Assembly: GCA_963793425.1 (NCBI GenBank)
Contig: CAWCAG010000005.1
Coordinates: forward strand, 576,001-640,000
DNA from: an uncultured cyanobacterium
GTDB lineage: Bacteria; Cyanobacteriota; Cyanobacteriia; Cyanobacteriales; CAWCAG01
Length of the DNA: 64,000 nucleotides
Direction of reading: 5' to 3'
A program made the translations under genes and the position numbers. Below the pieces are notes generated by a model. The model was not told where the DNA came from and did no database searches. It worked only from the letters and a program-made list of their open reading frames with translations. This document shows positions 30,427-38,640 of the stretch, piece by piece. Numbering within the stretch: position 1 is the stretch's first letter; the number at the start of each line of letters is the position of its first letter.

Positions 30427-30888
30427 TCAAGATATACTTCCAAAATCCTTAACTCTTTTTTCTGTAATACGAGTTAAACAAGAAGAATAAATTAAGGGTG
30501 CTATAGTTCCTCCAGCAGACAAACTTTGCTCATATTCACAGTCTGCATCGTGGAAAGCAATCCAGTTTTGTTGTGCATTAATTAATAGTTCTTCTCTGGG
30601 ACTTCCCTTCAACTCAGAACGCAACTCTTGATAAACTTGATTTAGTTTCTTATCTGCTACTTCAGTATCAGCAGCAGCGCAGATATTCATTTCCTGCTGA
30701 TTTAAGTTACTACTATCGCTACAATCTATTTGTGGTTCGATTTTACCTTGAGGAGAAACTTCTGCTACTACAGATGCTTTAGTATGAGGGGAATTTATCT
30801 GATTGGTCTGTTCAAAAACAGAACAACTAGTTAATAAGCTTGAGAAGGAAAGAATAGTAGCAGCATAAAAGCGTTGAATGTTGTTCAT
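30427..30888 (-). CDS. LprI (DUF1311) family lipoprotein
   Basis: Lipobox LLTSC; QQEMNICA, D.KLNQVYQ, AQQNWI.F.D.DC. Confidence 0.85.
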   Translation of the reverse strand: MNNIQRFYAATILSFSSLLTSCSVFEQTNQINSPHTKASVVAEVSPQGKIEPQIDCSDSSNLNQQEMNICAAADTEVADKKLNQVYQELRSELKGSPREELLINAQQNWIAFHDADCEYEQSLSAGGTIAPLIYSSCLTRITEKRVKDFGSIS

Positions 30889-30941
30889 AGTCGAAATTTT
30901 CTAGTTGGTTAATGATTAAGTTATCTATAATGCCTAATAAA

Positions 30942-31793
30942 TCAAAGCCCTGCTTCAATAAAAGCTTGATCTAAATCTTGTAAAATTCCCAGTTTTTCTC
31001 CCCAATGCCAAAGATAGCTAAAATCTAACCTTTCTCTCTGTAACTTCAAGACTCCTAAAATATCTCGCCACTGTTTCTGAGATTCTCTAGCAGTCATTCT
31101 GTACCAAAGTAATTTTTGCAAGATGCTATCTTCGGAAGTACAAATATATAAAGAAAAGGCTTCATTGCCAGTTTGATATAACTGGCGGCGAGACATTTGT
31201 ATTCGCGAAAAGTCATCTTTCCTCATCACAAAAATGTCAGCTTTTTCTGTGGTTTCTAAATGAATAATATTAAAAGAAGAACTTCTTCCTTCTATAGCGT
31301 CTTCTACCGCTATCTCACTAATGTAATAATCTCCTACCATTGCTGCAACCAAAGCTTGTTTATGTTGAGGTTGTAAATCTACCACTAAATCTAAATCTTC
31401 TGTATACCTCATTTCCCCTTGTAAAGAACTAGCAACAGAACCACCAATGTAATAAGAAATTCCTAAACTTTCCAAAATAGTAATGACTTGTTCAGCTAAC
31501 CATAAGGCATCTTCCATTACTAATTTCCCTTCGCTTTTATAGTAAGCAGATAAGTTAATTAAATCAGTTCTCCAGCGTTTTTTCAGGTAATACTCTCTGA
31601 ACTGAAGAGAAGAAACGTTAGGAAATTGCTGTTCCAAACTCATTAAAACTAGCCGAGTTCCTCTTCTTAGCAACCTTTTAAAACATTTATATTTTCGTTC
31701 CGATTTCATTCTGCGCCACAATTCAAACTGCACTAATTCCGCTTCAATGGTTGTATCCGCCGCTTGAGTTTTGTAGCCTTTGAGATTGATCAT
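30942..31793 (-). CDS. Nucleotidyltransferase-fold protein with N-terminal helical extension
   Basis: YYIGGSVASS..GE.R.T.DLDLV; EDSILQKL.WY; SQKQWRDILGVLK. Confidence 0.75.
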   Translation of the reverse strand: MINLKGYKTQAADTTIEAELVQFELWRRMKSERKYKCFKRLLRRGTRLVLMSLEQQFPNVSSLQFREYYLKKRWRTDLINLSAYYKSEGKLVMEDALWLAEQVITILESLGISYYIGGSVASSLQGEMRYTEDLDLVVDLQPQHKQALVAAMVGDYYISEIAVEDAIEGRSSSFNIIHLETTEKADIFVMRKDDFSRIQMSRRQLYQTGNEAFSLYICTSEDSILQKLLWYRMTARESQKQWRDILGVLKLQRERLDFSYLWHWGEKLGILQDLDQAFIEAGL

Positions 31794-32716
31794 TTAATCA
31801 AACACAGAGCGGGGAAAATTAGATATTCCAAGAAAAATAGCTTCCAAATAAATTGATAGAAACGTGCGATCGCAATCTTATTTTCTAAGTCTACTTGTTG
31901 AGAGCGCCACCATAATAAACCTAATAAACCTAAATGGCTAATACTTACTAACCACCGATTAAGTTCCGGTAATAAAAGCCAAGCGGATACAACTATAGCT
32001 ACATAGCAAAAAACGATAATCCCACAAGCCAAGTTAAAAACTGTTCTCTTACCAACCAATAAAGTTAGAGTTTGAATATTATATTGTTTATCTCCTTCCA
32101 TATCTGGTACATCTTTAAAAATTGCGATCGCAATAGTAAAAATAAGAATAAACAGAGTTAACACCCATACAGTAGAAGTTAATATCTCCTCTCCATTTAA
32201 CTTGCTACTAAAATGTAAAAACAAACCCAAATTAACAATCATTCCCCGCACAGTAAAGATACATAAAGCAGCCAGGAAAGGAAAGCGTTTTAAGCGGACA
32301 GGAGGTAAAGAATAAGCTGTCCCAATTGCTAAACTAACTGCTACGGTTAGAAATAACCAAAATCCCAAAACTCCAGCTAAAACCAAAGCTAATATGCCTG
32401 TGATAGCAACAATCATCCTTCCTTGAAATAGAGAAAATTCTCCTGCTGCCAAAGGAAGATGGGGTTTATTAATTTCATCAATAGCAATATCTTCTAATTG
32501 ATTTAAACCAACAATATAAATGTTGCCACAAATACAAGCAAGCCAACTTCCTAATAGTACTAGCAAGTTGTTTGTACCGGGGCTAAGCTCAAAACTAGCC
32601 AAAGCAATTAAGTAAAGAGCTAAAGTACTTAAAGTTGTACCAATAATTGTATGGGGGCGAGAGAATTTCCAAAGACTATGAAACCAGGGAAAATTTTTAT
32701 TTAAAGCTTGGGTCAT
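31790..32716 (-). CDS. Homogentisate phytyltransferase (UbiA family, tocopherol synthesis)
   Basis: FSRPHTIIGT, NQLED..IDEINKP.LP.A.G, KDVPD.EGD, FYQFIWKLF. Confidence 0.93.
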   Translation of the reverse strand: MTQALNKNFPWFHSLWKFSRPHTIIGTTLSTLALYLIALASFELSPGTNNLLVLLGSWLACICGNIYIVGLNQLEDIAIDEINKPHLPLAAGEFSLFQGRMIVAITGILALVLAGVLGFWLFLTVAVSLAIGTAYSLPPVRLKRFPFLAALCIFTVRGMIVNLGLFLHFSSKLNGEEILTSTVWVLTLFILIFTIAIAIFKDVPDMEGDKQYNIQTLTLLVGKRTVFNLACGIIVFCYVAIVVSAWLLLPELNRWLVSISHLGLLGLLWWRSQQVDLENKIAIARFYQFIWKLFFLEYLIFPALCLIK

Positions 32717-32794
32717 CAGTTGTTAGTTATCAGTTATTAATGTATGGCTTGCCATTGCTGTTAGGGGTCAGTTAGCGATTAGCGATTAGCAACC

Positions 32795-32839
32795 GGTGCG
32801 CGTTCCCTTGCGCCTTACGTCGACGCGGGGTCGCACAGC
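32795..32839 (-). repeat. Hairpin mini-element (family B), copy 2, within heptamer repeats
   Basis: rc GCTGTGCGACCCCGCGTCGACGTAAGGCGCAAGGGAACGCGCACC, 3 differences from 14404-14448. Confidence 0.85.
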
Positions 32840-32850
32840 AACTAGCAATT

Positions 32851-33711
32851 TCATTTTGTACCGTAAATTAAACCAAAACGAATCAAACCTTTTTCGTAAC
32901 CACTACTCATTAAATTTAAAGAAAGGGCAGCTTGAATAGTTTGCCAACCGGACTGGAAAAGTGCTGTAATAGCTTGAGGATTTAGGGCTGAATCTATCAC
33001 CACATCCCAAAAAGGAGCAACGGCTGTTGACCAATCATCAGAACGCAGATTTTGGAAACCGCAACCAATGGCAAATTGTTCGTATTCTGGCAAAGAAATA
33101 ACGTAGGGCAAACAATAAACTTGATAAATCTGTTCTAAATGTTTCCTTTCTGCTACTGTTAACTCCCCTGCAACAGAATTAGTCGGGCGATGACACCAAG
33201 TCGCCATAATAAAAGTCCCCCCTGGTTGCAACACTCGATAGCATTCTTGCAAAAACTTACCCTTATCGGGCATATGTTCGCCACTTTCTAAAGACCAAAC
33301 TAAATCAAAGGAATTATCAGCAAAAGGGGTATCAAGAGCATCCGCAACCATAAATTGAACTTGATGACCTAAATTAGCTTTCATCGCTCTTTCTTTCGCT
33401 CTAGATGCTTGGATAGGGGATAAGGTAATGCCTGTACCTATAGCAGCAAACTTATCTGCTAAGTAAAGGGTACTACCGCCAATACCGCAGCCAACATCAA
33501 GAATATTTTGGGGCAGTTTTTTCCCTTCAGACACTCCAGCCCAAAACAAAAGTTCTTCAATTAAATCAATCTGTGCTTGCCGCCGTTCAATTTTATAATT
33601 ACCAGCCCTACCATAATAGCCGTGGTGCATATGCTCACCCCAAGTCTGTTCCCAAACTCCGCTAGAGGCATCATAAAATTGTTGGATTCGTTTCGATAAA
33701 GCCATAATCAT
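32851..33711 (-). CDS. Gamma-tocopherol methyltransferase
   Basis: FYD.SSG.WE..WGEHMHHGYY, ILDVGCGIGGS, WSLESGEHMPDK; adjacent to hpt. Confidence 0.9.
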   Translation of the reverse strand: MIMALSKRIQQFYDASSGVWEQTWGEHMHHGYYGRAGNYKIERRQAQIDLIEELLFWAGVSEGKKLPQNILDVGCGIGGSTLYLADKFAAIGTGITLSPIQASRAKERAMKANLGHQVQFMVADALDTPFADNSFDLVWSLESGEHMPDKGKFLQECYRVLQPGGTFIMATWCHRPTNSVAGELTVAERKHLEQIYQVYCLPYVISLPEYEQFAIGCGFQNLRSDDWSTAVAPFWDVVIDSALNPQAITALFQSGWQTIQAALSLNLMSSGYEKGLIRFGLIYGTK

Positions 33712-33895
33712 TTAACATTTAACATTCAACATTTAACATTGAGTAACTCTTTGCTACTCCTTGTAGCCTAGGGCAACGAAGTTTGTGATAGAAATTATCT
33801 TAAAGCAAAAAACTCTGTCTCAAGTAAAAAGAAGTTAAGAGACAGAGCTTTATTTCCCAATTAGCCATTAGCCGTTAGCCGTTAGCCGTTAGCCA

Positions 33896-35317
33896 TTAAA
33901 CATCATAGTAAAGAGAAAACTCGTAGGGATGAGGACGAAGCTTGAGGGGAATAACTTCATTAGAAAGCTTAAACTCAATCCAGTTTTTAATAAAGTCTTC
34001 GGTAAAGACACCACTTTCAGTTAGGAAACCGTGATCTTCTTCTAACGCCTCTAAAGCATCTTCTAATGAACCAGGGGTAGAAGGAACTTTGGCCAACTCT
34101 TCAGGACTAAGTTCGTAGATATCCACATCAAGGGGTTCCCCCGGATCAATTTCATTCTTAATACCATCAATCCCGGCACAAAGCATCGCCGCAAAAGCTA
34201 AATAAGGATTGCTAGAAGCATCAGGACAACGAAACTCTAAACGCTTAGCTTTAGGATTGGGGCCAGATAAAGGAATCCGAACAGAAGCCGAACGATTACC
34301 TTGAGAATAAGCCAAATTAACGGGGGCCTCAAAACCAGGAACCAAACGCTTATAAGAGTTTGTAGTAGGATTAGTAAAAGCCAAAAGTGCTGGGGCGTGC
34401 TTAAGAATACCGCCAATGTAATTTAAAGCCATTTGGCTTAAATTTGCATAACCATCACCCCAAAATAAAGGCTCTCCACCTTTCCAAATAGACTGGTGAC
34501 AGTGCATACCAGTACCATTATCGTTGAAAAGAGGCTTAGGCATAAAAGTAGCCGTTTTGCCATACTTTTTCGCCACATTCTTAATGACATACTTATAAGT
34601 CATCAAATAGTCGGCAGATGCAACAATAGGAGCAAATTTAATCCCTAACTCATTTTGCCCTCCAGTGGCAACTTCGTGGTGATGTTTCTCAATCGGTACA
34701 CCACACTCTCCCATAGTTAGGAGCATTTCAGTACGCATATCCTGGAGAGTATCGGTTGGTGGTACAGGAAAATAACCTTGTTTGTAGCCTGGCTTGTAAC
34801 CAAGGTTGCCCCCTTCTTCTTCCCTACCTGTATTCCAGCGCCCCTCAACACTGTCTACATAATAGTAACCCTTGTTTTCAGCTTGGTCGAAGCGTACATC
34901 ATCAAATACAAAAAACTCAGCTTCAGGACCAAAAAAAGCCGTATCTCCAAGCCCACTAGAGGTAAGATATTCCAGGGCCTTTTTCGCAATGGAACGAGGA
35001 TCTCGCTCATACATCTCACCCGTGCGAGGTTCTATAATGCTACAGATCATGCTTAGAGTTTTCTCTTTCATGAAGGGGTCGATCCAAGCTGTTTTTGGAT
35101 CAGGAACCATCGCCATATCAGAATTATTAATCGCTTTCCAACCGCGAATACTAGAGCCGTCAAAAGCCACACCATCTACAAATGCGCCTTCATCTATTTG
35201 ATCTTGGAAAAAAGAACAGTGCTGCCAAATACCAGGCATATCGATAAATTTCAAGTCAATTATCTTAATATCTTCATCTTGAATCATTTTCAAGACTTCT
35301 TGGGGCGTTTCTGCCAT
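33896..35317 (-). CDS. glnA: Glutamine synthetase type I
   Basis: [46 protein letters not shown]. Confidence 0.99.
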   Translation of the reverse strand: MAETPQEVLKMIQDEDIKIIDLKFIDMPGIWQHCSFFQDQIDEGAFVDGVAFDGSSIRGWKAINNSDMAMVPDPKTAWIDPFMKEKTLSMICSIIEPRTGEMYERDPRSIAKKALEYLTSSGLGDTAFFGPEAEFFVFDDVRFDQAENKGYYYVDSVEGRWNTGREEEGGNLGYKPGYKQGYFPVPPTDTLQDMRTEMLLTMGECGVPIEKHHHEVATGGQNELGIKFAPIVASADYLMTYKYVIKNVAKKYGKTATFMPKPLFNDNGTGMHCHQSIWKGGEPLFWGDGYANLSQMALNYIGGILKHAPALLAFTNPTTNSYKRLVPGFEAPVNLAYSQGNRSASVRIPLSGPNPKAKRLEFRCPDASSNPYLAFAAMLCAGIDGIKNEIDPGEPLDVDIYELSPEELAKVPSTPGSLEDALEALEEDHGFLTESGVFTEDFIKNWIEFKLSNEVIPLKLRPHPYEFSLYYDV

Positions 35318-35641
35318 GGGTCAATTCCTCAGTATCTTTATCTTTAGAGATATGTTACTTGCTATACAAAAAATAAATTGCTTTACCAGTTAACTTTAAA
35401 AAATTTATCAAAAAATCTCTTTTCGTCAACAAAAAGCCCGTGAGATGCTACTCTCAAATATGCTTTCCCTAAACTCACAGTAGGGAAATTTCTGATTAGT
35501 TATTAAGTTCGGCCCCTAAAAGTTAATTTTCTTATTGAATACCATCTCCTCAAGGCAGCTTGAATGGGATGATAAATAAAGAGCGACGGGGCTTTATATT
35601 AAGCCAAAAATAAATAAAATGCTGTTGGGAGAAGAAATTTA

Positions 35642-36151
35642 ATGCGGGATGCTGTTACAAGCTTAATTAAAAATTATGATGTTGCTGGTCGTTATTTTGA
35701 CCGCAATGCCATGGATAGCCTGAAATCATATTTTGAATCAGGTCAAGCAAGAATCAAAGCCGCAGAAATAATTAGCGGCAATGCTGCTGCCATTATTAAA
35801 GAAGCTGCTTTGCAACTATTTGAGGAACAACCGGAATTAATTCGTCCGGGAGGAAATGCTTATACTACTCGCCGCTACTCTGCTTGCTTGCGGGATATGG
35901 ATTATTACCTGCGCTATGCCAGTTACGCCCTGATAGCAGGAGATACTAATGTCCTTGATGAGCGAGTTTTGCAAGGTTTAAGGGAAACCTATAACTCTTT
36001 AGGGGTTCCCATCGGCCCTACAGTTTACGGCATTCAGATTGTCAAAAACATGGTCAAAAACATGGTTGCAGAGGCTGGTGTAGAGGATACCTCATTCATC
36101 GATGAGCCTTTTGAACATCTAACCCGTGACTTCGGGGAAAAAGACATTTGA
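35642..36151 (+). CDS. apcF: Allophycocyanin beta-18 subunit
   Basis: MRDAVTSLIKNYD..GRY.DR, PGGNAYTTRRYSACLRDMDY; divergent from glnA. Confidence 0.93.
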   Translation: MRDAVTSLIKNYDVAGRYFDRNAMDSLKSYFESGQARIKAAEIISGNAAAIIKEAALQLFEEQPELIRPGGNAYTTRRYSACLRDMDYYLRYASYALIAGDTNVLDERVLQGLRETYNSLGVPIGPTVYGIQIVKNMVKNMVAEAGVEDTSFIDEPFEHLTRDFGEKDI

Positions 36152-36205
36152 ATCATTGTTCGGCTTGCCGTTGCCGCTAGGCAACATTAATCATTGAACA
36201 TTGAA

Positions 36206-36246
36206 GAGGGAGAGGACTTCTAATTATCAGGCCTCTCCCTTTTTTT
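36206..36246 (+). terminator. Intrinsic terminator after apcF
   Basis: AGGGAGAGG...CCTCTCCCT followed by a T run. Confidence 0.7.
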
Positions 36247-36247
36247 G

Positions 36248-36583
36248 CTAATTGCTTAGGCTCTCTGGACTTAAGGGAACTAAGTCGTTGTTGATAGTGA
36301 GTCCGAGCAAAATTGGTTCCCCTTCAGAAATAAACTTACCCGTTAATACGCAGCATTCATCTCTTTGGGCCATCGCTTCAAAACTAGCTCGAATATCAGA
36401 GCGGCAAAACTGGGGGCGATACTCTCCCGATTTAAGTTGTACATAATTCCATAAAATATCCCTAACCAAAGCTTGATATCCCTGATTGCCGGCAAGTTCT
36501 TTCAGCTTGTCCTTAAGCGCCCTCTCTAAGCGGATGCTAGTAACTTCCATGTCGGTTGTTGAAGTGCGAGTTAGAGTACGCAT
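36248..36583 (-). CDS. trcR: Ribbon-helix-helix repressor, TrcR (All0854)-like
   Basis: MEVTSIRLE..LKDKLKEL.GNQGYQAL.RDILWNYV RHH region; SD GGAAGGAG before ATG 36583; divergent from HNH/alr0857-family genes as recalled for Anabaena PCC 7120. Confidence 0.75.
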   Translation of the reverse strand: MRTLTRTSTTDMEVTSIRLERALKDKLKELAGNQGYQALVRDILWNYVQLKSGEYRPQFCRSDIRASFEAMAQRDECCVLTGKFISEGEPILLGLTINNDLVPLSPESLSN

Positions 36584-36606
36584 AAAAATTTTCTCCTTCC
36601 AAATAG

Positions 36607-36635
36607 TGGACATATCGGTAATACAAGTGTAGTAT
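36607..36635 (+). promoter_or_regulatory. Sigma70 promoter overlapped by a palindromic operator (putative TrcR box)
   Basis: TGGACA-17nt-TAGTAT; palindrome TAnTACAnnTGTAnTA within GTAATACAAGTGTAGTAT (36618-36635). Confidence 0.7.
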
Positions 36636-36672
36636 TAAAAAGTCTCTTTGAGTAATTAAGTCAAGAAATTCT

Positions 36673-36915
36673 GTGAAACGTCTCTCTACCATTTCCACTA
36701 CTAGAACTGCCCTCGATTTCCCCCAAGGTGGGAAATCAGCAGCTATGGGAGTGGATTTTGCTTTTATAGGTTGTTTCACAACTTCAACAAACAGCTTGGA
36801 GATTAACCAGCAGCAACTTAATACAAAGGAAAATTATTGGTTAGAAAACAGCCATAGTCGGGAAATTCGAGATTCAAAACTAAATCAACAAGGCGGGAGG
36901 TACAGGTGTAAATGA
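36673..36915 (+). CDS. Putative leader ORF (Asr0855-like position), ends GGRYRCK
   Basis: First ORF after the promoter; its stop lies in the loop of hairpin GGTACAG/CTGTACC. Confidence 0.5.
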   Translation: MKRLSTISTTRTALDFPQGGKSAAMGVDFAFIGCFTTSTNSLEINQQQLNTKENYWLENSHSREIRDSKLNQQGGRYRCK

Positions 36916-36961
36916 AGCCAAAACTGTACCGAAGATAAAAAGAAAATTTTCCAAGTTTTCT

Positions 36962-36998
36962 AAACCCCCGCTCAAACTCAAAAAAAGCGGGGGTTTTT
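36962..36998 (+). terminator. Intrinsic terminator / attenuator inside the operon
   Basis: AAACCCCCGCT-13nt-AGCGGGGGTTTTT. Confidence 0.8.
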
Positions 36999-37024
36999 GT
37001 GTGAAAAATCGAAACTTTTGACTT

Positions 37025-37327
37025 TTGATGAAGCACGTAGCGCTCCTGCCAACCTTCAATCGAGAAGTACTGCGGCGCGATCGCCATAGCTGCCAGTACT
37101 GCGACAGCAAAAAAAAACTGACCTTAGATCACGTCATTCCTCGCTCAAAAGGCGGAAAACACACTTGGGACAATGTAGTAACTGCCTGTGAACGGTGTAA
37201 CTCCAAAAAAGGTAGTCGCACTCCCACTGAAGCAGGCTTAATTCTCAAGAGCAAACCAAAAGCTCCTCTTCACCCTGCGATCACCTTTGCTGAGAAGTTT
37301 TGGGAACGGCAAAAACACCTGGAATAA
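37025..37327 (+). CDS. HNH endonuclease (apparently N-terminally shortened)
   Basis: REVLRRD.H.CQYC, LTLDHVIPRSKGG..TWDNVVTACERCN.KKG. Confidence 0.85.
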   Translation: MMKHVALLPTFNREVLRRDRHSCQYCDSKKKLTLDHVIPRSKGGKHTWDNVVTACERCNSKKGSRTPTEAGLILKSKPKAPLHPAITFAEKFWERQKHLE

Positions 37328-37341
37328 CAGGAGAACGATAA

Positions 37342-37731
37342 ATGCTGAAACTAACTTACACTGAAAATGGTTTTTATTTAGAGCGTTTGGCTCAGTCAGT
37401 AGAAGAGTGGGTATCCACAAGGACACTTTTAGCTCTCAGAACTGGTACAAGCCTCTATGTGGAGCCTAGCACTGCTTCTTTCCTGTTACCTGCGGATTTA
37501 CCCCAGTTGGTACACTTTGAAGCCGTAGTGGAGCAGGAAAACCCTGATGCCGTCACTCTATCTGTATGTGATGCTGACTGTATTGAGGTGAGCTTAGATG
37601 GTACTTGGTTAGTAGGTGAACCTGGAAGCGAAGAAGGTATCTTCACCTGCACCATGGGCGATCGCGCTGAGTTTTACCTCTTCAAGCTCTGGGAAGAAGC
37701 TCAAATTGAGGCTTCTGTAGTCCAGGAATAA
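37342..37731 (+). CDS. Alr0857-family protein
   Basis: MLKLTYTE..FYLERL..S.EEWV..R..LALR.G..L.VEPSTASFLLP; SD AGGAG. Confidence 0.8.
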   Translation: MLKLTYTENGFYLERLAQSVEEWVSTRTLLALRTGTSLYVEPSTASFLLPADLPQLVHFEAVVEQENPDAVTLSVCDADCIEVSLDGTWLVGEPGSEEGIFTCTMGDRAEFYLFKLWEEAQIEASVVQE

Positions 37732-37791
37732 TTAATGGCATAAATGGGCGCAACAACTGTTACGCCCCCTAATTTAAAAAATTAAAGAAAC

Positions 37792-38361
37792 ATGAAAAAG
37801 AAATTTTTTTTACCAATTTTTTTTACCACCCTATTATTAAGCGAATCTACTTTAGCCGAAGTAGTTCAGGCTCAACAACCTCAACCAATTCAAATAGCCC
37901 AATCTGTCTGGAAGCCATTTTCTTCTGTCCCAGGAAAATTCACGGTTTTGTTTCCTGGTACTCCGGCTCAAACTCAGGAAACCGTAGACACTCCTTTAGG
38001 AACAATTAATTTATTTGGTTTTTCTGCTGAACGCCCCAACGAAGCTGGTTATTTAGTCGCTTATTCTGATTTTCCCGTTAATTTAGCTCAAAGTTCTATT
38101 CCCATCGAAGACTTACTGGCGGGAATTATGTCAGGATTCATCACTAGCATTGGTGGCAATGTTTTAAGCCAGAACAGTATTAGCTTAAATGGTTTTCCTG
38201 GTCAAGAAGCCCGTATTCAACTAAAAGATAATTTTATAACTAGATATAGAGTATTCATCGTTAATGAGCGTTTGTATCAATTAGCAGTATTTACCGATAA
38301 AGAGCAAGACTTGCCTCAAAGTATTGAAGGCTTTTTCAACTCTTTCCAGCTTATTGAGTAA
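37792..38361 (+). CDS. Secreted hypothetical protein (paralog of 50925-51533)
   Basis: Signal peptide; W..FSS..G.F.VLFPG.P; C-terminal LPQSIEGFFNSF. Confidence 0.8.
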   Translation: MKKKFFLPIFFTTLLLSESTLAEVVQAQQPQPIQIAQSVWKPFSSVPGKFTVLFPGTPAQTQETVDTPLGTINLFGFSAERPNEAGYLVAYSDFPVNLAQSSIPIEDLLAGIMSGFITSIGGNVLSQNSISLNGFPGQEARIQLKDNFITRYRVFIVNERLYQLAVFTDKEQDLPQSIEGFFNSFQLIE

Positions 38362-38429
38362 AAAATCACCCCCATTTCCCCTCACCAGGAACATCCTTCA
38401 CAAAAAAACGGTCTGTTGAAGTTCTCAAA

Positions 38430-38490
38430 CCCTACTCCCTACTCCCTACCCTAACAAATAAGTCATACCACTCAATACCGATTTGATATG
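38430..38490 (-). repeat. Family A repeat end
   Basis: rc CATATCAAATCGGTATTGAGTGGTATGACTTATTTGTTAGGGTAGGGAGTAGGG. Confidence 0.65.
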
Positions 38491-38640
38491 ATTTTGCTAC
38501 TTCATCTTCAATCTAAAGATCAGTAAAAATAGATTTATAAGTTACTATTTTTGAAATATCGTGGTATTTCTAGACAAAGAAGCCAAGAAAAAGAAAAGCA
38601 TCAAGTCGGGGTAAGTTGGTGGGTTGTCTGAGGAGTCGAG

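Noticed and set aside
35356..35370. NtcA box for glnA (reverse GTATAGCAAGTAAC)
   Set aside because: One mismatch to GTA-N8-TAC and no TAN3T at the canonical spacing, so not supportable.
37025..37327. HNH as IscB/HEARO or Cas9-like RNA-guided nuclease
   Set aside because: Only 100 aa, with no RuvC or PLMP motifs; context fits the TrcR locus.
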